From assembly GCA_032250805.1 (NCBI GenBank), contig JAVVEM010000006.1, forward strand, positions 15,395-79,394: DNA of 64,000 nt, given 5' to 3'. This stretch comes from Bacteroidales bacterium. GTDB lineage: Bacteria; Bacteroidota; Bacteroidia; Bacteroidales; B18-G4. Shown piece after piece: positions 28,789 to 39,017 of this stretch. The position numbers and the translations under genes were made by a program. The first letter of the stretch is position 1, and each line of letters opens with the position of its first letter. A model generated the notes under the pieces. That model was not told where the DNA came from. It was given only the letters and a program-made list of their open reading frames with translations, and did no database searches.

Positions 28789-29373
28789 TTATTTATCATC
28801 ATCCTTCACCTCAATTTCTCCGGAAGGGTTGATTATCCGGCGTTTGGAAAAATTCTGGTCTGCTTCAAGGCCATCGCCGTATATTACCCCGTCGTCAGAA
28901 GTGATCTTAACAAATTTATTTGAATAGATCAGTTCTTTTTTTTCGTCCCAGATCAATTCTTCCGTATTCAGTCGTTCGCCGGTTTCAAAATTGGTAACCA
29001 CCACATTGTTGCGGGCTTCCATAATTCCCTTTTCTCTGTAGTGGATGCCATGTTCGGCAGTGATGGTTGTTGTAATGTTGAGCAGGGAGTCGTAAAAGTC
29101 AACTTTAAAGCCCTCCGGAAAAAGGGTATATGGTTCATCACCCTCCCAGGCCTGCATTACCGGTCCGCTAAGCCGAACCTGCACCCGGGCCGAATCACTG
29201 AAGGTGAATTCTACATCGCGACCGGCAAGATCAGGTAAGGAATCGCTGAAATTAACCGCGGCAACTTCGCTCAATTCATTTTTACAAGCAAAAAGCATTG
29301 CAATGATGAAAATCATAACAATGCTTTTTAATAAAAAATATTTTGTCGCTTGTACTAAAAGGGGCTTCAACAT
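28789..29373 (-). CDS. lptC: LPS export system periplasmic protein LptC-like
   Basis: 194 aa. Membrane anchor/lipobox MLFAC. Beta-jellyroll-like repeats with LIWDEKKELIYSNKFVKITSDDGVIYGDGLEADQNF. The TPR-LptC-CorC-PpiD order is typical of Bacteroidota. Confidence 0.6.
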   Translation of the reverse strand: MLKPLLVQATKYFLLKSIVMIFIIAMLFACKNELSEVAAVNFSDSLPDLAGRDVEFTFSDSARVQVRLSGPVMQAWEGDEPYTLFPEGFKVDFYDSLLNITTTITAEHGIHYREKGIMEARNNVVVTNFETGERLNTEELIWDEKKELIYSNKFVKITSDDGVIYGDGLEADQNFSKRRIINPSGEIEVKDDDK

Positions 29374-29388
29374 TTTTGTGTTTAGTAA

Positions 29389-30750
29389 TTATTTTGCGGC
29401 CCTCACCGTAGTTTTCTCGTTGATCCAGCATTCAACCACATACTCATCGCCTTCGTTCAGGTTATTAAAGAAAATATCTTCCTTGGGCGGGAAGTATATA
29501 GAATACGAACGTATCCGGTCATTTGCAATATCAGCCACACTGGGATCAACCTGTTTTGCCTTGTAATATTTATCAACTGCAACCCAATAAACTGCTTTTT
29601 TCTCAAGATCGGTACTGCCACAAGTTTTTGAACTGGCCGCATACATGTCGCCGATAATAATATATGGATTTCCATCAGTGGGTCGCTCTTCGGCACTCTT
29701 AAGCGCATAGTTTCTGGCTGAACTATAATTATTCAGGCTCCTGTAACATTCGGCAATATAAAGGTAAGCATCGGCCCTGTCGTCGCTGTCTTCAAGGTTT
29801 TCACCCTCTTTGAGGTAATCGATGGCTTTTGAATACTTCTGATTTTTCATCAGCATTTTGCCGATCAGATATGCTGATTCGGGCGATGGATCCAAATCGT
29901 AGAGCTTTACTGTTGCATCAAAATAGAGCTGATCATCGGTACATTTTTTCCTGTCGAGCAATTTTGTCAGCTTGCTAAGCATTTTAATATCATCCGGATT
30001 TTCTTTGAATTTTGGGGTATAGATCTTTACAATGGCTTCGCATGTTGCGAAAGGTTCAAAGATGAGATCAATATTTCCGCGTACATTTTCCCAGTTTGCC
30101 AGTTTTCGTTCGTCGCCCTTATTTTTTTCAAGGTTATGCTCAATGATCTTGTTTGAGATATCGTAGTTGTCGAAAATAATGCTTTCGTCAGCCTTTCCCT
30201 CCTCGATCATTTTTTTGGTGGCGCGCATGAAAAATACGAGTACATCAGGATAAGAATCATTTCCATCCAATTCAACTGATCTTTTGAGTATCTCATAGGC
30301 TTTTTCGTAGTCGGTAATTCTCAATGAGTAAAGGCTTACCCCTTTTCTGCCGAGCACAAATCCCTCTTTGTCGAAATACTTTATGCGCATATCATAAACC
30401 TTCATCAGGGTATCGATATATGCATTTTTAACTGCTTTATCTTTCTCGCGTTTTATATAATATTCAAGCATTTTAACACCATCGACATAAGTGCCAAGCC
30501 TGGCGCCCGGGCAGGTACGCAAAACTTTTTGCCAGGGGCCGTAAGCATCATTTACCGAAGTGTTTTTATATCCACTGTTTTTCCATTGCTTAAAAAACTC
30601 AGTATAAAGCGAAAGATTCATAATACACTCCAGGCTGTCTTCGGGAGTCTTTCCGTATTTATTGCCATCCTGGGCAGATACTTTCGTAGTTACTGAAAGT
30701 CCTGCCATAATTGCAAAAACGAGTAAAATTGAAATGAATCTTGTTTTCAT
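29389..30750 (-). CDS. tetratricopeptide-repeat protein
   Basis: 453 aa with a signal peptide. Several TPR-like A..Y...A..Y helices. Confidence 0.55.
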   Translation of the reverse strand: MKTRFISILLVFAIMAGLSVTTKVSAQDGNKYGKTPEDSLECIMNLSLYTEFFKQWKNSGYKNTSVNDAYGPWQKVLRTCPGARLGTYVDGVKMLEYYIKREKDKAVKNAYIDTLMKVYDMRIKYFDKEGFVLGRKGVSLYSLRITDYEKAYEILKRSVELDGNDSYPDVLVFFMRATKKMIEEGKADESIIFDNYDISNKIIEHNLEKNKGDERKLANWENVRGNIDLIFEPFATCEAIVKIYTPKFKENPDDIKMLSKLTKLLDRKKCTDDQLYFDATVKLYDLDPSPESAYLIGKMLMKNQKYSKAIDYLKEGENLEDSDDRADAYLYIAECYRSLNNYSSARNYALKSAEERPTDGNPYIIIGDMYAASSKTCGSTDLEKKAVYWVAVDKYYKAKQVDPSVADIANDRIRSYSIYFPPKEDIFFNNLNEGDEYVVECWINEKTTVRAAK

Positions 30751-30770
30751 TTGTTGTGTTTTTATAATTT

Positions 30771-32063
30771 TTATCTGTATTTGGTTTTAACAAACCATCG
30801 TTCATATATTGTTAGCCCGAAGGTAAATTTAAAAAAATTCTCCTTCACCAGACGATTTTCCACCGTTCCCTTGTTTCCGAATTCAAATGCAAAGTTAATC
30901 ATTGATTTAGAGCGGTTGAACGGGAAACCAAGTCCAAAACTTATACCAAACTCTTTAATGGCTTGATTATTTATTTCAAGGTAGGTGTTTTCATATCTGA
31001 CCCCCAGCCTGTATCTTACTCTCTGCCAGTATGATGTGATACTATTATGCTTTGGGATATATTCGCCGCCAAAATTTAGCGAAAGGCTGTTTTGCAGTGA
31101 ATCCGACTGTCCAAAAGCCTGATATTCTTTCCAGTTTCGCCAGTTTACATCCATACTTATAACGAAGCGATCAGATTGTTTCAGAGAAACGCCTGCACCA
31201 AAACCCATTGGAAATTCAAGTGTGCCCTTATCTGAAGGATCATAGGCCACGGTGTCTCTCGGAAGTTCAACATTGTTGTCGGAACTGCCAAAATAGGTTT
31301 GACCAAGATATTTGCGTGTTGTATTTATCGAAAGCTGTGGTTTGTAAACCAGGCCAAGACCAAGGACCATATCTTTTTTCAGAGGGACAAAATATTGCGC
31401 TCCAAAATCGAACATGAAATCAGAAACATGGTCGAAGTTATCAATTCTTGTACTGATCATAAAAAGGGAGTCGGGAAAAGTTACCCGGCGACGTGTGTCG
31501 ATGACTCCCCAAACGTAAGCGGCATTAAAACCAAGCGAAAAATTTGGTGTGATATTAAAGCCGTTACCAAAGTGTAACTGGTTAAGGCCTCCGCTTCCTT
31601 CATAAATGTTTCGTACCCTGCCTACGCCGTCAACCAACCTATCTTCAAATACGCTGTAGCCAACATTACTGAATGGCACCAGGCCGAAGCTGGCTTTCCA
31701 CCATTTTGTAACCGGTGTTCCGAATAATATATAACCCAGTGAGGCATAATCGGCTTCCTGGGTGATCTCGCTTGTTTTAAGGGTGGTATAGGAGCCCATC
31801 CCCGAGAGGTCGAAAAGAAAGGATGTAGAATCAAAAGCTGCGTAGGAAGCCGGATTTTTAATGTTGATAAAGGCGTCACTCTGTATGGCCAGTCCAACGT
31901 TTCCCATGCCCGAAAGCACAGTGCTGTAATTGTTGTGCCATAATTCGCCAACGCCAAAGCGGGAATAAGGCGAACTTATCCTGGCCTGTGCCCAAACCTC
32001 CCCCGAAAGGAGAAAGAAAACGAGCATGGCAGTAAATAAGTGAACGGATTTAGTTCTTATCAT
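30771..32063 (-). CDS. outer-membrane beta-barrel protein (FadL/OmpP1-like suspected)
   Basis: 430 aa. Signal peptide ending WAQA, an SPYSRFGVGEL N-terminal plug-like motif, amphipathic strands and a C-terminal aromatic residue. Confidence 0.5.
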   Translation of the reverse strand: MIRTKSVHLFTAMLVFFLLSGEVWAQARISSPYSRFGVGELWHNNYSTVLSGMGNVGLAIQSDAFINIKNPASYAAFDSTSFLFDLSGMGSYTTLKTSEITQEADYASLGYILFGTPVTKWWKASFGLVPFSNVGYSVFEDRLVDGVGRVRNIYEGSGGLNQLHFGNGFNITPNFSLGFNAAYVWGVIDTRRRVTFPDSLFMISTRIDNFDHVSDFMFDFGAQYFVPLKKDMVLGLGLVYKPQLSINTTRKYLGQTYFGSSDNNVELPRDTVAYDPSDKGTLEFPMGFGAGVSLKQSDRFVISMDVNWRNWKEYQAFGQSDSLQNSLSLNFGGEYIPKHNSITSYWQRVRYRLGVRYENTYLEINNQAIKEFGISFGLGFPFNRSKSMINFAFEFGNKGTVENRLVKENFFKFTFGLTIYERWFVKTKYR

Positions 32064-32787
32064 TAAAGTTGTGAATTATGTTGAGACCCTTTAAAACAAT
32101 ATTTGGGACTGCAAAGATGTTATTTTTTAGGTTTTTATCAAAATAATCAAGGTTGCCGCCACTTAAAATTACTGTTAAATTTTCATAAATGCCATCATAC
32201 ACGGAAATAATCCCGTTTATTTCGGCAATGATTCCATTCATCACCCCTGACTGGATTGATGTTTCGGTTGACTTAGCGGTAAGTACGGCATCCTTCACAG
32301 GTTTAACTAACGGCAGCTTACCGGTAAAATTATGCAATGCCTTAAAGCGAAGGTCTATTCCGGGTGATATGCTTCCACCGCGGTAAAATCCTTTGGCATC
32401 AATAAGATCATAGGTAATACAGGTACCGCTTTCAATCACCAGGGCATTTTTACCCGGAAAAAGGTGGTGGGCGGCTACAACGGCAGAAAGCCTGTCCATG
32501 CCGAGAGTTTCCGGTGTATCATAATCAATTTTAATTGGCAGGGGAGTATTGTGATTTAGGATGATCAGGGGGATCCCTTCGGGGAAAAGTGGTTGATAAG
32601 GCTCCTCAGGGTCTTTAACCGAAGCAACAATAACCGACCGGATATCCTGGTACTGGTTGAATAACTGACGGATGGATGTGGCAGACAGGCGTTCTTCTTT
32701 TTGAATAAAAATTATTTCATTCCTGTCGAAAACAGCCAGTTTGCTCAGGGTATTTCCCACATCAATGGCAAGCATCATAGAGCACAC
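32050..32787 (-). CDS. coaX: type III pantothenate kinase
   Basis: MLAIDVGNT phosphate-1 motif, GMDR, and VIESGTCITYD of the ASKHA-fold CoaX family. Confidence 0.85.
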   Translation of the reverse strand: MCSMMLAIDVGNTLSKLAVFDRNEIIFIQKEERLSATSIRQLFNQYQDIRSVIVASVKDPEEPYQPLFPEGIPLIILNHNTPLPIKIDYDTPETLGMDRLSAVVAAHHLFPGKNALVIESGTCITYDLIDAKGFYRGGSISPGIDLRFKALHNFTGKLPLVKPVKDAVLTAKSTETSIQSGVMNGIIAEINGIISVYDGIYENLTVILSGGNLDYFDKNLKNNIFAVPNIVLKGLNIIHNFNDKN

Positions 32788-32792
32788 ACGCG

Positions 32793-32908
32793 TTTATCCC
32801 TCCTACGCGTTCCGCTTCGGTGGACGAGAGGGGGAGGTTAAATTCCCCGCAGCTTGCTTTGGAAATAAAAGTCCAGAGCCTGCTGTGGGGCTTAATACCA
32901 TTTATTAA
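32793..32908 (+). repeat. 116-nt multi-hairpin intergenic element, copy B
   Basis: Paralog of 18474-18589 in the same orientation. By hand alignment there are 14 substitutions and no indels over the 102-nt core. Confidence 0.75.
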
Positions 32909-33048
32909 GCGCTGCAAAGGTAGTTAATTTATTGATTTTTTGTTTTCAAAAACACGACTTATGAACAATTTGCATTATTATATTATGCTGAAAAACAAAT
33001 GATTATTTCAAAATTAACAAAAAGGTTTTAATAATTGAAATTCTGTTT

Positions 33049-33056
33049 TATCTTTG
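33049..33056 (+). promoter_or_regulatory. candidate -7 promoter box (TATCTTTG) for tRNA-Phe
   Basis: Exact TAnnTTTG match, 20 nt upstream of tRNA position 1, preceded by AT-rich DNA. Confidence 0.45.
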
Positions 33057-33076
33057 CGGTTCGATATTATGCACAG

Positions 33077-33149
<73 letters not shown>

Positions 33150-33160
33150 CCCTGGAAAAA

Positions 33161-33184
33161 CCCCGTCAGCTGGCGGGGTTTTTT
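33161..33184 (+). terminator. intrinsic terminator after tRNA-Phe
   Basis: CCCCGTC-AGCT-GGCGGGG hairpin followed by TTTTTT. Confidence 0.65.
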
Positions 33185-33302
33185 ATTGTATGTATGCGAA
33201 GAGCATAAATTTTTCATGCTTTTGATACTAAAAGCCTTTATCCGGTTTATCCCTGGTTTATATGGAATCAGAAAGATAACGAAAAGCCTTGCTGCTGGCT
33301 GG

Positions 33303-35579
33303 TTAGCTTATCTTTAAAAGATAACGGACAATAAAATTTCTGGGTGCATGAATATCTCCGGGACGGCCCATATATTCCTTATTGAATAAATTATTCACAT
33401 GAAAAGATATCTTTGAAGAAGGACTGATCTGCCATCCAAGCCGAAGATCGAATAGTATTGCGCCCTGGTTGTTTTCCTGCCGGTATTGTTTTAGGCCGGG
33501 GAAAAAATACTGGCCAAAGATGGCTTCTTCAAAAGCCGGATCGATTCTTTCTATAAAGCTCCGGTACTGAGCATTAATGCCAGCATCCCATAGCTTGTAG
33601 GTGAGTGCAATATCCCCTTTTGCACTATGACGGTAGCGGTATTTAAGGATTTGATCAGTGCCTGAATTATCATTCGACAGGTCGAGGGGATTCATATAAG
33701 TGTACCCTCCGGTGAAGGCCGTCAGGAATTGCCCGATAGTCCCGTTCAGGTTAATTGTGAGCTCGGCCCCGTTTATTCTTGCTTTTCCGGTATTCAGCGA
33801 TTTAAAACCAAGATCATCGATACCTGCTGTTTGGTTCGGAGGAACGTAGACATCGAAAACAAATTCAATCATGTTGTCATATTCCATCCAGAATCCGGCC
33901 ACATCAACGAATCCGCTCCATTCATTGAAAACAAAACCCTGCTTAACGCCTATTTCGGCGCTCCAGCCGGTTTCCGGTTTCAGGTTTTCATTGGGAAATA
34001 TCTTCAATCCGCCAAGATCTGTTGAAGTGTACTTCTCGGCCATCGACGGATAGCGATAACCCTGCCCATAGGATGCCCTGAAAAAAGTTAGTTTGGCCGC
34101 CTTATAATTTATGCCTGTCCTGAATACCGGCCTGGATTCATCATCACTTTTATCGAGCGTATATCTTTCCCAGCGTAAACCAAGGCTGAACGAAAGACGG
34201 TTAAAGAACATATGATCGAGTTGTGCATAAAGCGCCTGGGTTGATCCGTAGTGGTTGCCATAAAGTTGTGTGGTTCCCTTTGTATATGACATTACGGCTC
34301 CGGCAGACAGGTTCAGGTGTTTAAAAAACTTTATCTGATACTGGTATTCACCATAATACTGGTCAGCAGTGTTGTTTTTGTCGGGATTGTCGTCAAATTC
34401 ATTGCTAACCCTGTAATACCTGGTTTTAAGGCTGTGTTTCCCCCCGGTTTTGTCATAACAGGCCAGATGAGGATCAATGTTCAGCCGGACACCATGCATG
34501 GGTGTAATCGCCTGGGGATTTTGCATATATGCCCCTGAATCGGCATCTTTCCAGATAAGGAAATCTGTAAATGACTGGATCTGGAAATTACTGTTGAGCC
34601 CCAGCGTTAACCTGTCTGCATTTTTCGGGTTGAACCGGAAACCGGCATCTAACCTTATTGAACGCATATCATTTTCCTCCCGGTATCCTTCATCGTAAAA
34701 TACATTCCCTCCGAGCATAACATCAAATTGTCCGGCTTTCCTGAGGTGGCTGAATTTGAAATTTCCCAGCAATGGGTTATGATCCCAAAACCAGGCCATT
34801 TCTTCCCTTCCGGGTTTCATATAAATACCTGCTGATAATTCTACCTTCGTTGAAGGCGCAATTCCGGGCGAAGCGCTGATCAGGTTGATCACACCATTCA
34901 GAGCGGAGGAGCCATACAAGGCCGAAGAAGCACCCTTGATAATCTCAATATTTTTGATATTTTCAACGGGCAAAGCATTCCATTTTACATCGCCCACTCC
35001 TCCGCTCAGGATTGGCAAACCATCCATAAGCACCAGTACCCTGCTTCCCGCCCCGTAAGTGTAGCCGCTGCCACCCCTGATATTGGCCTGGCCGTCGATA
35101 ATGTCAACTCCCTGGACCATGCTGATGGTTTGATCAAGATAGCGTGTATTCACAGATTCGATGAATGCTGCAGGAATCACTTCCATCGATACGGTAACAT
35201 CAGAAAGCCTTTGCTGGTAGCGCGAAGCAGTGACAACCGCTGCATTTAATTCGATGCTCAGCGGCGATAAGGCAATATTCATGATCAATGTTTCTTTTCC
35301 ATCAACATGAATTTCAACTTCATGGTCCTTATAGCCAATGTATTTGAACCTGAGCAGGTATTTCCCCTCCCTGAGTGGCATCTCAAAAAACCCATCTTTA
35401 TCCGTTGTTCCGCCGGTATTTGTATCAGCAATAATATTAACCCCGGGAAGGCTTTCGCCCGTTACCTTTTCAGTAACCCTACCCTTCAGCGTACTATGTT
35501 GCGCACACAGCATGCCTGATAAGATCGTGAACGAAATCAGCGGCACAAACAACTTCAGAATACGACCAATCTGTTTCAT
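33303..35579 (-). CDS. TonB-dependent receptor with CarboxypepD_reg N-terminal domain
   Basis: 758 aa. Signal peptide, the GRVTEKVTGESLPGVNI regulatory-like domain, plug motifs (IRGGSG, VLMDGLP, IEIIKGASSALYGS) and a long beta-barrel. Confidence 0.85.
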   Translation of the reverse strand: MKQIGRILKLFVPLISFTILSGMLCAQHSTLKGRVTEKVTGESLPGVNIIADTNTGGTTDKDGFFEMPLREGKYLLRFKYIGYKDHEVEIHVDGKETLIMNIALSPLSIELNAAVVTASRYQQRLSDVTVSMEVIPAAFIESVNTRYLDQTISMVQGVDIIDGQANIRGGSGYTYGAGSRVLVLMDGLPILSGGVGDVKWNALPVENIKNIEIIKGASSALYGSSALNGVINLISASPGIAPSTKVELSAGIYMKPGREEMAWFWDHNPLLGNFKFSHLRKAGQFDVMLGGNVFYDEGYREENDMRSIRLDAGFRFNPKNADRLTLGLNSNFQIQSFTDFLIWKDADSGAYMQNPQAITPMHGVRLNIDPHLACYDKTGGKHSLKTRYYRVSNEFDDNPDKNNTADQYYGEYQYQIKFFKHLNLSAGAVMSYTKGTTQLYGNHYGSTQALYAQLDHMFFNRLSFSLGLRWERYTLDKSDDESRPVFRTGINYKAAKLTFFRASYGQGYRYPSMAEKYTSTDLGGLKIFPNENLKPETGWSAEIGVKQGFVFNEWSGFVDVAGFWMEYDNMIEFVFDVYVPPNQTAGIDDLGFKSLNTGKARINGAELTINLNGTIGQFLTAFTGGYTYMNPLDLSNDNSGTDQILKYRYRHSAKGDIALTYKLWDAGINAQYRSFIERIDPAFEEAIFGQYFFPGLKQYRQENNQGAILFDLRLGWQISPSSKISFHVNNLFNKEYMGRPGDIHAPRNFIVRYLLKIS

Positions 35580-35649
35580 TGATAATATATTACAGGCCGG
35601 GTGAGGATCAGTATATATCAGTGTTTTCAGACAAGCGGAGCTTGTTTTG

Positions 35650-36432
35650 CTAAAGCTCTCTTATCTTAATATTCCTGAACCACACATCATCGCCGTGATC
35701 CTGCAGCACGATATATCCTTCAGAAGCGGGATCCATAAAATGTTCATAATCCTTAAACTTGCTGTTGGCCACCATTTCTTTCCAGTCGTCGGTCCACAGG
35801 TGGTATTCCAGCACATTTTCGCTGTTCATGCTGTGCACCACGGTACCTTTATAAACCATTACTTTGGCGTGGTTCCATTGGCCTGCCGGGTTAACGGCTT
35901 CGGGCTTGCCGGGGATCAGGTCATACAGTGCGCCTGCAGCCCTGTTTCCATCCACACCGAGTTTTGCATCGGGGTGTCTTTCATTGTCGAGGATCTGCAT
36001 TTCGGGAGCACTTTTCCATACCGGCTCGCCCGGAATTTCCTGTGCCAGGTAAAAAATACCACTATTGCCACCTTCCGAAACTTTCCATTCGAGCGAGAGT
36101 TCAAAATTGCTGAATTTGCGGTCGAAGAGAATATCACCGCCGCCGCCTGCTTCTCCGCGGCCCGAGCCAATTACATGCAGGGTGCCGTCAACAACTTCCC
36201 AGCCATTTTCGGGAAATGTTTCGCCATTGTACGAACGCCACCCATCAGGAGTGAGACCGTTAAACATAAGGATCCATCCTTCTTCAAGTTCTTGCTTGCT
36301 GAGGGTGTTGGGTTTTTGAACGGTTTCGGTGAAGCTAACTTCCTGCCCGGCTTCCTGATCTTGTTTTGTTTGCATATTGCAGCCTGTAGCCATTAGGGTG
36401 ATAAACAGGCTTAAGAAAATTATCCGTTTCAT
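35650..36432 (-). CDS. DUF1080 (3-keto-disaccharide hydrolase family) lipoprotein
   Basis: 260 aa. Lipobox LMATGC. Hallmarks GW..LFNG..L.GWR, F.L..EWK...GNSGI and LQDHG..V.FRNI.I. Confidence 0.8.
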   Translation of the reverse strand: MKRIIFLSLFITLMATGCNMQTKQDQEAGQEVSFTETVQKPNTLSKQELEEGWILMFNGLTPDGWRSYNGETFPENGWEVVDGTLHVIGSGRGEAGGGGDILFDRKFSNFELSLEWKVSEGGNSGIFYLAQEIPGEPVWKSAPEMQILDNERHPDAKLGVDGNRAAGALYDLIPGKPEAVNPAGQWNHAKVMVYKGTVVHSMNSENVLEYHLWTDDWKEMVANSKFKDYEHFMDPASEGYIVLQDHGDDVWFRNIKIREL

Positions 36433-36459
36433 GGTTTTTGTTTTTTTAAATAATGAGTA

Positions 36460-37947
36460 TTACAGTTTCCAGCCTTCCCTGTAGGTATGCCTGATGTATT
36501 CTTCGGCTGCGGGTTTGGCTTTGATGGTTGCATACTGGGTATCGAAGTGCGGGTGGCCGTTAATCACGGTAAACTTGTCGGTGGTTACAACCCTGATCTC
36601 GTCGTCGTCACTGATATTTGTGATCCTCATGTTTTCTCCATCCCACTTAAGCCGGCGTTTGAGGTCTTGCAGGCGTATGGCCAGATTACCCATCACAACC
36701 ACTTCATTCATTGGCCCCGAGTATGCAAAGTTTGAACTGCATTCCACCCTGCTTTCCTTATCCTCTTTACAGGCCCTGATCCAGTCTGCTTCATGGCCTC
36801 CCTGCATGGCTTTTTCAATTCTTCTCAGGCTGGGAGCGGGGCGTTTATATGATTTATCGAGTTCTTCGGGTAATAATTTTGGATTTTGACCATAGGCTCC
36901 ACAAATCAATTTTCCTTTTGTTCCGATAAACAGGCATCCGCCACTCCAGTCGCCCATGGGCTCGCCATCGGGGAGTTCGGCAGGGCGTGGGGGCAACAAG
37001 CCTCCGTCATACCAGCTTACCTTTACGGGTACGAGCTTTAGCTTTTCGTGTGTGCCCCTGTCGGGGAATTCATAATGTACGGCGGAGCCGATGGGTGCAC
37101 TTTCGGTATTTACCTGCGTTGAGCTGCCGTAGAGGTATTCGGGATTTCCCAGCCTGAGGGCTTTGTAAACCGGATCGAAGATATGGCATCCCATATCACC
37201 CAGTGCACCCGTACCAAAGTCCCACCAGGCACGCCAGTTCCATGGATGGTAAACCGGGTTGTAGGGGCGCCAGGGAGCGGGTCCGATAAACAGATCCCAG
37301 TCGAGCGTGGGAGGTATGGATGGTGTTTCGGCTGGTCGCTCCAGACCCTGCGGCCAGATCGGCCGGTTGGTCCAGGCATACGCTTCTTTTACTTCACCGA
37401 TTGCTCCGTCCCAAAGCCATTCGCATATCTGCCTGATGCCTTCACCTGAATTGCCCTGGTTGCCCATCTGGGTAGCAACACCGGTTTCCTTAGCCAGTTT
37501 GGTAAGCATCCTTGATTCATAAATGGAGTGGGCAAGCGGTTTCTGAAGATAAACATGTTTCCCCATTTTCATGGCATGGGAGGCCGCGACGGCATGGGTA
37601 TGGTCGGGTGTAGCGATAACAACGGCATCAATATCATCGCCCATATCATCAAACATTTTACGATAGTCTTTGAATTTTTTTGCATCCGGGTATTTTTCGA
37701 ATAAAGCCGATGAATAATCCCAGTCGACATCGCAAAGGGCAACGATATTCTGGCTGTTACAATTATTGATGTTGGTACCACCAACGCCACCAATACCTAT
37801 TCCTGCAATATTGAGCTTATCGCTGGGGGCCAGGTGTCCCAGCCCACCGATCACATGGCTGGGCAGGATGGTAATGCCTGCTGTGGCCAGGGATACATTG
37901 CCGATGAACTTTCTTCGGCTTATGCCATTCTTCTTATTTTTTTCCAT
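36460..37947 (-). CDS. Tat-exported Gfo/Idh/MocA-family oxidoreductase
   Basis: 495 aa. Twin-arginine signal SRRKFIGNVSLATAG. Rossmann block IAGIGIGGVGG...ATPDHTHA..KHVYLQKP. Confidence 0.85.
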   Translation of the reverse strand: MEKNKKNGISRRKFIGNVSLATAGITILPSHVIGGLGHLAPSDKLNIAGIGIGGVGGTNINNCNSQNIVALCDVDWDYSSALFEKYPDAKKFKDYRKMFDDMGDDIDAVVIATPDHTHAVAASHAMKMGKHVYLQKPLAHSIYESRMLTKLAKETGVATQMGNQGNSGEGIRQICEWLWDGAIGEVKEAYAWTNRPIWPQGLERPAETPSIPPTLDWDLFIGPAPWRPYNPVYHPWNWRAWWDFGTGALGDMGCHIFDPVYKALRLGNPEYLYGSSTQVNTESAPIGSAVHYEFPDRGTHEKLKLVPVKVSWYDGGLLPPRPAELPDGEPMGDWSGGCLFIGTKGKLICGAYGQNPKLLPEELDKSYKRPAPSLRRIEKAMQGGHEADWIRACKEDKESRVECSSNFAYSGPMNEVVVMGNLAIRLQDLKRRLKWDGENMRITNISDDDEIRVVTTDKFTVINGHPHFDTQYATIKAKPAAEEYIRHTYREGWKL

Positions 37948-37964
37948 AATTCGGGGTTTATTGC

Positions 37965-39017
37965 TTATTGTTTGATTTTGATGAATTGATTTTTCTGCTT
38001 GCTTTCAAATGATTTTTCAATGATAAAGATAACATCTCTTGCCTGAAAAGGCAATACCGGCATGGGTTTGTTTTTTCTGAGGCAGGCATAAACGCCATCA
38101 TAAAAATCCATATAATTGCCGTTTTCGGTCGGGATCCTTGTTATATCAAAGGGTGGAGCCTGTCCTTGCTCCAGCGTTCCCCAATTTACCGGGTCCTCTT
38201 TACCAAAATCATGTGATGATGGCATTTCACCGGCTTTGAGGCGGGCTTCCTGGGAATCGATACCCGGCTTGGAATATTTGCCATGGCTGCCCCTGATCAC
38301 ATAACGCGGCCCCGGATCTTTAACCAGCATTCCGGCCCGCAAAACAACTGTTTTGTCAGCATAAGCCAACTGCAGATGAAAAGCATCATCAACCCTGCTC
38401 CCTTTCCGCTCCTTACGAATTTCTGCTTTGACCGCATCGGGCAAACCAAAAAGAACTAGGGCCTGGTCGATCAGATGTGACCCCAGGTCATATAAAATGC
38501 CTCCTCCCGGGATATCTTCATTGCGCCATGCTCCGGCCTTCAGTTCAGGATTGTAGCGGTCGAAATGTGCTTCATAATAACTGATTTGGCCAAAAACCCC
38601 CTGACTGATCAAATTTTTTATGGTAAGAAAATCACCATCCCAGCGCCTGTTATGGTAGACAAAGATCTTTTTTCCCAGCTTTTCCGACAGGCTGATCAAC
38701 TTGTCGGCTTCGGCACTTGTCGGGGTAAATGGTTTTTCGATCACGACATGCTTGCCTGCCGAGAGGCATTCAACTGCCATCGGATAATGCTGTGTATTGG
38801 GAGTGGCAATGATAATGAGTTCAATTTTATTATTATCCAGGAGTTCACGGTAATCCTTAACCACCGAAACAGCCGGATAAATTTCTTTTGAATGGCTGCG
38901 ATGCCGTTCAACAACAACCGACAATTCAAAGCCCGGATGTGTATGGATAAAGGGGGCATGAAATACTTTTCCCGAGAGGCCAAACCCGATTATTCCTGTA
39001 TGGATTTTGTTTTCCAT
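37965..39017 (-). CDS. Gfo/Idh/MocA-family oxidoreductase (no signal peptide)
   Basis: 350 aa. TGIIGFGLSG Rossmann start and ATPNTQH..GKHVVIEKP. No export signal visible. Confidence 0.85.
   Translation of the reverse strand: MENKIHTGIIGFGLSGKVFHAPFIHTHPGFELSVVVERHRSHSKEIYPAVSVVKDYRELLDNNKIELIIIATPNTQHYPMAVECLSAGKHVVIEKPFTPTSAEADKLISLSEKLGKKIFVYHNRRWDGDFLTIKNLISQGVFGQISYYEAHFDRYNPELKAGAWRNEDIPGGGILYDLGSHLIDQALVLFGLPDAVKAEIRKERKGSRVDDAFHLQLAYADKTVVLRAGMLVKDPGPRYVIRGSHGKYSKPGIDSQEARLKAGEMPSSHDFGKEDPVNWGTLEQGQAPPFDITRIPTENGNYMDFYDGVYACLRKNKPMPVLPFQARDVIFIIEKSFESKQKNQFIKIKQ

Noticed and set aside
27509-29373. Calling the CorC-like gene and its neighbour gldE/gldD (gliding motility).
   Set aside because: The neighbour looks like LptC, not GldD, and the gene order matches the non-gliding Bacteroidota arrangement. 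I kept only a 'GldE-like' descriptor.
35647-36396. 249-aa plus-strand ORF covering almost the entire DUF1080 gene.
   Set aside because: It is an antisense shadow ORF. The minus-strand frame has a lipoprotein signal and all DUF1080 hallmarks. The plus-strand product is low-complexity with no recognisable motif.
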